Source: Octopus sinensis
Lineage: Eukaryota
DNA length: 64,000 bases
Reading direction: 5' to 3'
Assembly (NCBI RefSeq): GCF_006345805.1
Contig: NC_043003.1
Location: forward strand, 48,360,001 to 48,424,000
In this document: in pieces, positions 42,062-52,759 of the stretch
How the letters are laid out: every line of letters starts with the position of its first letter
How positions within the stretch are numbered: position 1 is the stretch's first letter
The notes under the pieces: generated by a model
What the model was told of the DNA's origin: nothing
The model's input: the letters and a program-made list of their open reading frames with translations, nothing else
Database searches by the model: none
Program-made: the position numbers and the translations under genes

Positions 42062-43858
42062 GGTTAAAGGTTAGATAAAATAGAAACGTTAACGTTTCGG
42101 ACATAAGCGCTCCACAAAGACTTTTGAAAATAAAATGGAAAAAAAAAACTTTGCCCATCTTCGTCTTGGTAAGAGATGAGATTTAAACAAAGAAAATAAA
42201 TAGCTTGGCAACAAGGAAACTTCTATTTAGCCATTTGACTTGCCCAGTGTCACAGTCAAATCTCTTTCAACGGTCCTACCATCTAATGGGAACCAGATGA
42301 TTAAATTCCTAAATCTAAACAGATCGTACAATTAAATCAACAATAGTTCAAAAACTAGGTAAGAAACAGACACAAAGGTTGGCAGCGTGATGACCAAAAT
42401 ATTATTTCCGATTGCCAAGATGACCATATACTTTATCTTGGAATACGTGAGACTACAATTATATATATAGTTAGGGTCATTCACAGATATACACGTTACC
42501 TATATTCGCGCATTTACACAATTCAGGTCTAGTCAGACACTTCCGCATACTCACAAAGTGCGCACATACACTTAAGGAAATGCGCACGCACACACAAGTG
42601 TCGCCCGCACACTCTGATATGTAGTCAGGCAAACACAATCAATAACATACGTAACCACACGTACACGCATTCAGGCAAGCGCGCATACAAACAGCACATA
42701 CAAAATCATGGCTACAGAAAGAGACAGAGGTAACACTATTAAATGAAAACTCCTAGCTGAACCTCGTTCTCTAGGTCATGTCTAGACGTCTTGCATTTTA
42801 ACCGACAAACGTTTGTACATGAACAGTATAGGAGTGTACCTGAGCCGTAAAGAAGACCACGTACAATTGTATATCTCTAGAAATAGAAACTACAAAATGG
42901 ATACTTAAATAGTGAATCGTCAGAGAAAGACACCGATCCATCATATTTATACGAGCGATAAAAAGGATAACTAACGGTCGATAGATGATGTAGACAGAAG
43001 TAAAAAAAAAATAATAATAAAACAAGTGCCAGTAGAAAGGAACGAGATATAGAATAGATACATACAATGATGCTATCAGTACTACCCGTCCTATTAAAAC
43101 TATTCCAAATACACACCCACACACATATCAATAAGGGCAGCATGCTAAACCGAAGGGTATGTATGGTGTAGTTGATAGACAAAAATAGATTACCATCAAC
43201 ATTATTTCCACAAAACTGGGTGTCTCCTACACCGCTACTTTTACTTCTAATGTTATTTATTCTCACTGAGTCGCGACTAGAGTTTTTGCTATTGTATCTA
43301 GAACTCTATTAGCTAATGAAAACCCGTGTTTTTTTTAAAGTCAACAGAGGGGAATTTAGGTTGCTATTTTTGGAAGGTCAAGCTTCTTTGGTGGGGGGGG
43401 GAGTTAACAAAAGGTGCGTAATCTTTAGCACTTGACAAAAATTTACCAAAACATTTTCCATAAGAAATCGAAATTAAAAAAAAAACCGCTAGATTTTTTT
43501 TTTCCAAATAAAAAGTGCAGGGGATAATGTTAACAAGACCATTTAAATCATATTTTAGAAAAACACAGTGTGTGTGTGTGTACGCATATATAACATTAAG
43601 CATATCGGGTTTATTATATAAACTCGAAATGAAAAAAAAAAAAAAACAGAAATAAGGTTTTGTGGAACACTAATTCTTTTCATGCGTACTGAAATGGTGT
43701 CTCCACTTCCGACGCGTTTGAAGAGAAAAAAAAAATGACGATTGCAGCCATGAAATGGGTGGTTTACCTTTTTTTCAAGCTTCCGTCTCGTAACATCAGT
43801 TACGAAACAGACTGGCAAAAGAGATCGCCGTAATAGACATTAACAAAGCATATATGCA

Positions 43859-43893
<35 letters not shown>

Positions 43894-44256
43894 TCCTACA
43901 TACACATATATATTAAATATTTTTTAAGTGCCAGTTTAAATTAAAAAGGGACTAAAAAAACCACCCACTCACTCACTCCTCTTTTAATGAAATCTTAGCC
44001 GTCAATTTCATATAGTACATGCACACAAACACCACCAATCTCAAGATAAAATGTTGAAAATTGACATTTTTCCGTCTGTCTCGCAGTCTCCAGGAACACG
44101 ATAAGTAAATAAATCTGAATATGGAGCATTCTCTCTCTCTCTTACCATTTTTTTGTGTTTTTTTTTAAATCACACACACACGCAAAAAAAAACATTTTTC
44201 TCATTAGCTTTACAATATTACAACATACACACACATATATATATACGCGCTCGCGC

Positions 44257-44294
<38 letters not shown>

Positions 44295-44956
44295 CAGGAG
44301 AGGCGAGTAGTTTAGGTTTCTATTGGAAACCTTTCGTCATATAAAAAAAAAAAATGTAAATTATTCCCTTGTTTGACTTTCTCACGACTTCTTAGTTTCT
44401 CCACCATGAAATTCTCTATATTTTATTTTTAAACATCAGCGGAGATAAAATATTTACACATAAATACGCACGCATTTTATATGTGCGTATTTTTTTTACC
44501 TGCTCCGAGATGCTAGAAATTTCAGAGAAACTCTCTTTCAGCATGTAATGAAATCGCGCAGCAATAAACATGTAATGACATCGAGGAATGGAAAAATAGA
44601 GATTAATGTAAAGAGAAGAAATAGAGACATAGATATATACAAAGAGGTAGAGGGCAAAAATTGTATAAGTATGAGACAGATATATATAAGATAGTTCGGG
44701 GAAGAGAATCGGCTCTGTGTAAAACAAGGGAATTAAAAAGAAACCCAAAAATAGAGTTAACGATATTTAGTATTAATAATAATAATGAGAGGATCAGCCA
44801 CAAAAGTAAAATATAGAAAAATTAGGGAAACGAGTCAAGGAAAAGAATTAAAAGATAGCAATAGGAGAATTGGAGGAAGACTTTAAGAAGAGATAGAGAT
44901 GGGGGGAAAGAATCTTGGTTGGGGTCGAAAAAAATGTTTTTTATTATAAACCTTAC

Positions 44957-45102
44957 CTGGCAACCCATATATCGGTTATGGGTCCAAACGACTTGAATTG
45001 CCTCTCTAATTCATTCTTGCCAATTCGACTGCCTAGATCACCTACAAAAATTCTGTAACCACCTCTAATGCGGTCAAGAACTGCACGATTTACCATCGTC
45101 AT
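44957..45102 (-). CDS. First coding exon of an SRSF3/SRSF7/RBP1-like RRM splicing-factor gene (MTMVNRAVLDRIRGGYRIFVGDLGSRIGKNELERQFKSFGPITDIWVA, RNP2 region)
   Basis: Hand translation matches the SRSF3/7 RRM N-half (cf. KVYVGNLG...[21 protein letters not shown]). ATG at 45102 (second ATG at 45096) with an in-frame TAA six codons upstream. Donor CAG|GTAAGG at 44957/44956, phase 2. A possible acceptor (tttcttcag, AG at 45130-45129) just upstream could indicate a further 5'UTR exon. Confidence 0.92.
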
Positions 45103-45392
45103 GAAGTTAGAGCGATATTACAGAGTAGCTGAAGAAATGGTGGTGGACAAGCCAAGGGAAGATAACTAATGGTAGGCTTAACAATGAAACTCTCCAGTTT
45201 AACGGGGGCTAATTACATTGTGATTCTTTTTATTTTAATTAACATTCTTTTCTTTTTATTAACTCCTAACAATCAAGTGCTATTTAATATCTAATCTCAC
45301 CTTAAGTCTTAGTCTTTGATATACTTTCTCCCAAAATAGAAAAGGAAAATTATTAGACCATATCTTAAATTTGTTATTTTATTTACTCAAAT

Positions 45393-47293
45393 TAATGTGT
45401 GCGTACGTTAAATGAAGAGCAAACATTTACTGCTGAAAGAATTCTGTACTATAGCAATGATAAAATCATTTCTGTTACACTGAGCAACCGAAATTTTGTT
45501 CGCTTATATGTGAAACATGTTTAGATTATTTTAGGACACTGTTTCCCAAAAATTACATTTTTTTTTCCTATCACGTTAACTTTTTTTATTCTGTAATATA
45601 TTCCCATTTTTAATAATAGCCTACCTACCTGACTTCAATGACACTAGCTAGCTCACATTTCAGTGTCTTGGAAGTTATACCTGTTCTTTAGTATATTAAG
45701 GCGTTCTGGTTCCAAACACGTCACTATTTCGGCTACATCTTTTCTAGTTTGAGAATTAACTGCAGACTCCTATATGCTGATGTATTCATTCATGCACTGA
45801 AATTAGGAACCCCAGCTGCACCTTGCATTTTGATCCCTTAGAAATTAGACATTCTTGAGATGTAGTTGAGACACATCAGTTTTGTTTTATTATCTCTAAT
45901 AAATATCAGTTATTTTGATACTAAAATAATAATATCATTGCTATTGCTATATGACATACTATTAAGATAACTACATAAACATCGTTTTATGTCTGCTTTC
46001 TATGTTGGCATGGGTTGGCTGATCACAATTATTAAATTAGTTTATTCCCTCACGAAAGCTTACAGTCAAGCTATTGAACTAAGAAGTGTCAGCTTTGACA
46101 ACGTTTACTGTAAGGCAAAGATCTTTTATGTCCACCACAACCATCCCTGGAAAAGCAAAAGGGCTCATAAAAAAATTCTAATTTCAGATTCAATAGGCAT
46201 CAATGAGTCATATGCACGGTCTTGGTTTGTTCTATTTATTTTAAAACTTTTTTGGCAACCGTTAAGCAGATTCTAAATTTGGAGAAGACATGCTTTCTAA
46301 TTTTAATAAGCTTAGCTGTAACAAGATTCAAAGCCCATTATCTCTACTGTCACTTAGAACACTTTCCAGTAAAACTTGATAATGTATGGGAAGATAAAGG
46401 TTTCATCAGAATATTAACACAATGAAGAGAAGGTGGAATGCACTCATAATGTTAAATTACAACTGGAATCTTCAATAAGACTGTCATGCATATATCTCAG
46501 TCTAGAAAGTCCTATACAAAAAAATGTCTTATGAATTGAGTGACTGATCATTTTATATGTTTCATGCTTATTTTTAAGCTACAGTTACTAATGCAGTACT
46601 GCATCTCCAAAGCTGAAGACGATCATGCAAAACTGGTGATAAATTTGGAATCAGTGTCTCATGTACCCAAGAATAAGGTGCAAGTTACAAACCAGCAGAA
46701 TGTTTTTGATAATAATAAAGTGGTTAACTGTTGACTTTAAGTTTCACCTCTCAATGTTCATTCAAACATGCATATACATGAAACTCAAGAAATAAAACAA
46801 TATTAAATGTGTGTGTGTGAGGGAGAGAGTATAGGTGAAATAAACATTAGAGATGTTTTGCCTTGTACTTAGAGATATTGCAAGTTCTTCTAAAAGTAAC
46901 AAAAACCACCACAATGGCAAAAACCTTTCCATATCATCAGGAGGTACCTCAGAGTCACAAGTGTTTCATGCCTTTTCTGTGTGGCCACATTGTTATGCTT
47001 CACTCAAGTGAAGCATACAGGCTAAGCATGAGTGAAGCATAACAATGTGGTCACACAGACATGGAAAATATCCAACAATACAACAGCCGTATTGCTAGGA
47101 ATATTAACAGCAATGTCATGAGACTTCTTAATGTGTGTGTACGTTAAATGATGAATAGCAAACATTTACTGCTGAAAGAACTCCATACTATAACAATAAA
47201 AATATCATTTCTATTACACTGAGCAACTGAAACTTTGTTTGCTTATATGTTTCCCAAAAATTACATTTTTTTTTCCTATCACATTAATTTTTT
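45393..47293 (+). repeat. Dispersed direct repeat, copies at 45393-45586 and 47129-47293
   Basis: tacgttaaatga...gcaaacatttactgctgaaaga...ttacactgagcaac...gtttcccaaaaattacattttttttcctatcac is shared; the second copy has an internal deletion. Confidence 0.88.
46977..47058. repeat. 30-bp inverted repeat (46977-47006 and 47029-47058) with 22-nt loop
   Basis: ctgtgtggccacattgttatgcttcactca versus tgagtgaagcataacaatgtggtcacacag; one mismatch, which is G:U on the + strand. Confidence 0.9.
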
Positions 47294-47429
47294 GTGTGTT
47301 TTTGCCATTACCAACACCATCTTTCACCAATACTTCATGGATGTAGTCTAGAGTCAAACACAGGCCTCTAATTCAGTATATCATAATCAAGCAGGTAGAA
47401 TCAATTACTACAAGTGAACAGTCCTTTGT

Positions 47430-47760
47430 AAGACTCAAGATCTCTCGTGGAAGCGTCATCCAACCAAAGTACAAATATATGGGAAATTACCACCCGTATC
47501 ATCTCTTGTGAAAGGTAGAAGAGTCCAGTTTGCTGGACATTGTTGCAGAGCTGAAAACAAGGTAATTTCTACTCTTCTCCTCTGGAAGCCATCTGCTCGC
47601 AATACCAGAGGGTGCACACTCTCCTACCCTGATGTAATCTCCAGGGATACAGGCATCCAGCAACAGGACCTCCGTAATGCTATGATGGACCGTGAAGTCT
47701 GGCGTAACATAGTAAATTCCATTGTCTCGACCACGGTTGAACAATGATGATGATGATGAT
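47430..47760 (+). mobile_element. RTE LINE 3' end (ORF C-terminus plus (TGA)n tail)
   Basis: RRVQFAGHCCRAE...LWKP...DLRNAMMDREVWR followed by tgatgatgatgat. Confidence 0.85.
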
Positions 47761-48682
47761 TGCAGGAACTTCCATTATTCTTTAGCTGACAACCTGAGGG
47801 TTTCAGAAGTACTCATATATTTGGAAGCTGGCAAAAGATGACAAATAGTTCTCTTTAAGTTCCACATTTTATGATGCTACTGCCAAAACCATTGGTTTCA
47901 AAAGAAAAACTCTAAGACTGGTTCAATGAGACCTCCAACAATGTCAGCATGTTCCTAAATGACTAACAGAGCAACTCTGGACAATCCTTTGTCAAATACA
48001 CTTAGGAAAGCAGTAGTAAGCCCTTTGAAGTGTGCTCCATCCACCCTCCATGCTGTGAATAACTAGCAGACTACTAAAAGCTCAGAAAATTCAGATGCAT
48101 TCAGAGAGATATAATACACAAGTTCTATGAGGCAACAAAATGGCCATAGGAAGTGTTTAATAGCACCAGTCAATTGATAAGATAGCACTTCAGAAAGACC
48201 AGTCAGCAGTAGTGAAATGGTCAGGAGACACTTCAACACGGTCATCATAATTATAATGATACAACTACTACATTAATCCTCCCTTCTAAACACATCTGAT
48301 ACATATGTACCTATGAGTATGTTTGAGTGGAAATATATGTGTGTATATATATATATATATATGTGTGTGTGTGGTGTGTGTGTGTATATATGTATGTTCC
48401 TCATGTATATGCAATATCATTCTTAAGACATAACTAAGATATATTGATTTTATAAATTACAATATTACTCCTGTTATAACTTTCTCATACCTCTGTTTAT
48501 ATTTATCTAATATGAACAATATAATGCATCTAATAATAATAATAATAATTGATTATTTTGTATGCATATACATGCAAATATGCATGTACATTTAAGTATA
48601 GGTATATGTATTTATGTATATGTATAAGTATGTATATGTGTGTGTATTTACATTTATAACTTAACCTTATGTACCTTCTAAA

Positions 48683-48806
48683 ATCTCTGACGAAGTCTAA
48701 AGAAACATCCAAGTACCTCAATTTCATCTACTAATTACTTCAGTCTATTGGAGAGATAAAGGGAGAATGAGGTATTTTTGCCTCTTGGCTGAAACAGCTG
48801 TAAGAT
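48683..48806 (+). ncRNA. Minimal type-I hammerhead ribozyme with complete core and an extended ~100-nt stem II (Penelope-element type)
   Basis: ATCT-CTGACGA-[AGTC...GGCT]-GAAA-C-AGCT-G-TA^-AGAT. Stem I is ATCT/AGAT, stem III has a palindromic AGCT loop, and the triplet is GUA. Inner stem-II pairing AGTACCTCA/TGAGGTATT. Confidence 0.7.
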
Positions 48807-49307
48807 ATTATCCCAGTTTCTATTCCTGTATGTTAATTATCCTTTTAGTAGATAAATAAATAAATTGACATAATATAATGTCTATAAGTTTTATTGCTCT
48901 ATAAATTAGAGGTAAAATAACTATTTACCCTCACCCATTTATTACACTCGGTAAAGTAATTGCCATGCAATAAAAAAAACACTTGTGTATTAATAATTGG
49001 GTATTCTACCAGTAGTATATTGGATAGATATTATCCCTTAGTTGGTTGGATTCACAACATCTAATCTCTTTGGAATTAAAGTATATATATATATATATGT
49101 ATGTAATGTATGTATATATATATATATATATATATACAAATTGAGATGGGGGTTGTAAATGCAACCCTCCATGGGATAACATATATCCAATATACTGCTA
49201 GTGAAGTACCCAACAAAGTTAATACATAAATGTTAAGAATTGCAATGCAATTAATTCATTTACTGTATTATATGGGCAAAGGTAAAATGTTTTACCACAA
49301 ATTAATA

Positions 49308-50172
49308 ATACAAAATAATAAAATGGAGAAATACATCTAAATCAATTATCAACTACCAGATAATACCCAATCACATAATTTATTAAACCACTACATATGA
49401 ACATTAAGGTCAAACATAATAATATAGAACAAAACAGTGTACATGAAGGAGTAATATGATACAATAAGTACAATATGTATCAGAGAATACAAATAAATAT
49501 AGATATAAATATAAACTACATCTTACAGCTGTTTCGGCCATGCAGATATGGGTGTCTCATTTTGCTCATATTAGCCATGTGCGATAGGTCAATATGTAGT
49601 TATAAATGAGACACTTACAAAAATATCCCAAGGCCTTTTCGGAGATTATGAAATACAAACTAAATTAAATATACACCCATACAAGTGTGGGTTCATACCC
49701 ATAATATATCATATACACATACATATGAGTGCATATACTCATACTCCTATACATATATACATATACATAATAATATAAATCAATATACATACATATGTTC
49801 CATATTCAATGTTACAGTTTTTCAACTTAATATTATGATATTACGATGTAGAAAACATACACATATTAATACTCAAATGCAGATATACAAAGTCAAGAGT
49901 ACATTATATTAATTTACAAAATGTCATTAATATTAACATCATTACTATTATCATTACCACTATTGCTATATTTATATCTATATTTATTTATATTCTCTTA
50001 TACATATTGTACTTATTGTATCATATTACTCCTTCATGTACATTGTTTTGTTCTATATTATTATGTTTTACCTTAATGTTCATATGTAGTGGTTTAATAA
50101 ATTATGTGATTGGGTATTATCTGGTAGTTGATAATTGATTTAGATGTATTTCTCCATTTTCTTATTTTGTAT
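49308..50172. repeat. ~205-bp inverted repeat (49308-49513 and 49967-50172), probably Penelope-type pseudo-LTR remnants
   Basis: 5 mismatches counted by eye. Arm 1 lies next to a minus-strand hammerhead half (GCCGAAACAGCTGTAAGAT, 49538-49520). Confidence 0.88.
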
Positions 50173-50464
50173 ATATATATATATGTGTGTGTGTGTAGCG
50201 TTACTTGCCATTTTGGGTCTTCTGGATACCAAAACTTCTCATATCATTGCTTCCTTGCTAATACAAGCACTTATTACAGGTAATGCTTATAGAATAGATA
50301 AACAATTCTTTGGCATCTCTCTTAAGGACATCCATATTCCTTCACAAAAAACTTTCCTCTCACTCCTACTCACCAATACTAAGGACCTTCCTATAGCTCT
50401 CCCTTTCCAAAATAACTTCTTATATTGAACTCTGCTATTTTCCTCGATTTAACTCTCTCATATC

Positions 50465-50512
50465 ATCTCTGATGAAGGGATATCCCTAATATCCCAGAAA
50501 CAGCTGTAAGAC
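50465..50512 (+). ncRNA. Minimal hammerhead ribozyme motif
   Basis: ATCT-CTGATGA-A-GGGATAT-CCCTA-ATATCCC-A-GAAA-CAGCTG-TA^-AGAC. Stem II is 7 bp with an A-A apposition at its base; stem I is 3 bp. Confidence 0.7.
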
Positions 50513-50685
50513 TACCTTTCTCTTTGTAAATGTCCTATAAATTTCACACTACCTTGGCTTTGTAGTCTCATTTTATTTAACACACACACACACACACATC
50601 ACATATTCACACACATACATATTAGGTCCCATGCTGGTGGCCCACAATAAGCACCATTCATGCATGGGCCAATGCCAGCCCCACT

Positions 50686-50884
50686 GCCATGACTGGCTCC
50701 TGTGCTGGTACCATGTTAAAAGCACCCACTACACTCTCAGAATGGTTGGCATTAGGAAGGGCATCCAGCTGTAGAAACCTTGCCAGATCAGACTGGAGCC
50801 TTGTGCAGCCTCCTGGCTTGCCAGTCCCCAGTCAAACCATCCAACCTATGCCAGCATGGACAGCGGATGTTAAATGATGATGAT

Positions 50885-50886
<2 letters not shown>
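50686..50886 (+). mobile_element. RTE-type 3'-tail repeat
   Basis: Same family as 57845-58268. Confidence 0.75.
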
Positions 50887-50915
<29 letters not shown>

Positions 50916-50952
50916 GTATATATCCATATGCATTATATGGCCTATATATATG

Positions 50953-50992
<40 letters not shown>

Positions 50993-51009
50993 TATAAATA
51001 CATATATAT

Positions 51010-51400
51010 AGGCCATGTAATGCATGTGGATGAGAACAGTGGCATCAAGAGGTGCTAATCTCTAATTGTAAAGGGAACATGTGGAAGAAATAGACCCAGG
51101 AAGACATGGGACAAAGTGGTGAAAAACAGACATTGGGACTCACAAAGGAGATGACAAGAGACCAAGACTCCTGGTTGTTTGCTCTGCTTGAAAAGCACAT
51201 CAAGCTAAGTAAAAGCATGGTTGCCCTTGCATACAGCCTTTTCCAGCTGAGCATCCCTAATCTTGTAGGCTCATAGGTGCTGGTACCACGTAAAATTACC
51301 CATGCCAGTGCTGCGTAAAAGCACCCACCACACTCTGTAAAGTGGCTGGCATTAGGAAGGGCATTCAGCCACAGAAACCATGCCAAAACAGATAGGGAAC
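51010..51400 (+). mobile_element. RTE LINE 3' fragment
   Basis: GHVMHVDENSGIKRC...GRNRPRKTW followed by the RTE-tail repeat. Confidence 0.7.
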
Positions 51401-51894
51401 AAAGAGCCTCTCCCTCAAAGTGAAAGACAGATTGTATGATACTTGTGTACAAACAGCTATGCTACACAGTAATAAAATGTAGGCTGTGATTTCAGAGAAC
51501 ATGTGAAGGATTGAAGGAAATGAAACCAGCATTCTCTGCTGGATGTACTCAGTCACATCTTCACCACCTTCTCTCTCTCTCCAACTGTGTAGTATATCCT
51601 CTGCTGCAAGATACCTATTTCCATCCCCCTATTCATGCTCTTGACTTCTCAATACCTGACACAAAGCCACTTGCCTCAATACTCCTCTTTCACTCAGTTG
51701 AGGAGTGTCTTGCCTTACAATTTACTTGGTGACTTCACTGAGGGGAGGAAAAATTCGTTTACATCAACCTCAGTGCTCAACTGGTACTCATTTCACCAAC
51801 CCTGAAAGGATGACAGGTAAAAATCAACCCTGGTGGCATTTGATCTCACAATATAAAGAGCCAGATGAAATGCTGGTAACAGATAACAGAGTGG

Positions 51895-52270
51895 GGAACT
51901 CTGTCGAAAGTTTTCTCCAGGTCGCCAAAAGCTAAGTACAATGGTTTACTTTTGACCAAATACTTTTCTTGAAACTGTCTCGCTAGGAAGATGGTATCTG
52001 TGGTACTCCCCACAGGAACAAAACAAGACTGCATCTCATTTAGTTAAATTCCTAATTCCTAATCAATTTAGCTATAATGCTCTCTGTAACTTTCATGACC
52101 TGGTCCAGTAGTTTGATGCCTCTGTAGTTGTTTCTATCTAAGGCATCACCTTTACCCTTGTAGCAGCTACTATAATACTATTACATCAGTCATTGGGGAT
52201 GATGCCTTCCTGAATGACTTGATTAATTATTCATCTGACATGATAATGATTCTGTCAGTTTGCTGTCTTA
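51895..52270 (-). pseudogene. RTE reverse-transcriptase fragment
   Basis: Frameshifted KGKGDA..RNNYRGIKLLDQVMKV...STTDTIFLARQFQEKY...LYLAFGDLEKTFDRVP. Confidence 0.85.
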
Positions 52271-52463
52271 TGATGATGGTATGATATATCACATATGTAT
52301 GACTGTGAGTGTGTGGTTGTGGTAAGAAGCTTGCTTCCCAACAATATGGTTCAGTCCCACTGTGTGGGACCCAAAGCCTTGTAAGTGGATTTGGTAGACA
52401 GAAACTGAAAGAAGCCTGTCGAATGTGTGTGTATACATACATACATACATACATACATACATG

Positions 52464-52519
<56 letters not shown>

Positions 52520-52724
52520 GTCATTTCAAATAACATAAAAAACGAAAAAAAGAAAGCAACAAACATAAGGACATACACAAGTATATTAGCTTGACACTCA
52601 GTGAAAAGAGAGAGTTTAACATTTCAAGCATAGCTCTTTGTTGGAAAGGAGAAAGGAAAAAGTCCAAAGGAGGAGAAGAAGAACTCGCCACTGAACCATG
52701 TGTAGTCGTATTGTTGAAGTATGA

Positions 52725-52759
<35 letters not shown>

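Larger units (their letters stand above)
41200..45720. promoter_or_regulatory. CpG-retaining zone around the first coding exon and 5' end of intron 1 (probable hypomethylated promoter-proximal region)
   Basis: Frequent CG dinucleotides (e.g. tgcgcacgca, gacgcgtttg, tacgcgctcgcgc) against a CpG-poor, TG/CA-rich background elsewhere. Fits invertebrate gene-body methylation with unmethylated 5' ends (inference). Confidence 0.55.

Noticed and set aside
41445-42078. Six long ORFs (164-206 aa) rich in CVYI/HTYI
   Set aside because: Artefacts of the stop-poor TA/CA microsatellite inside the MITE.
45989-46734. Plus-strand ORFs as a divergently transcribed gene
   Set aside because: No recognisable homology or consistent exon chain.
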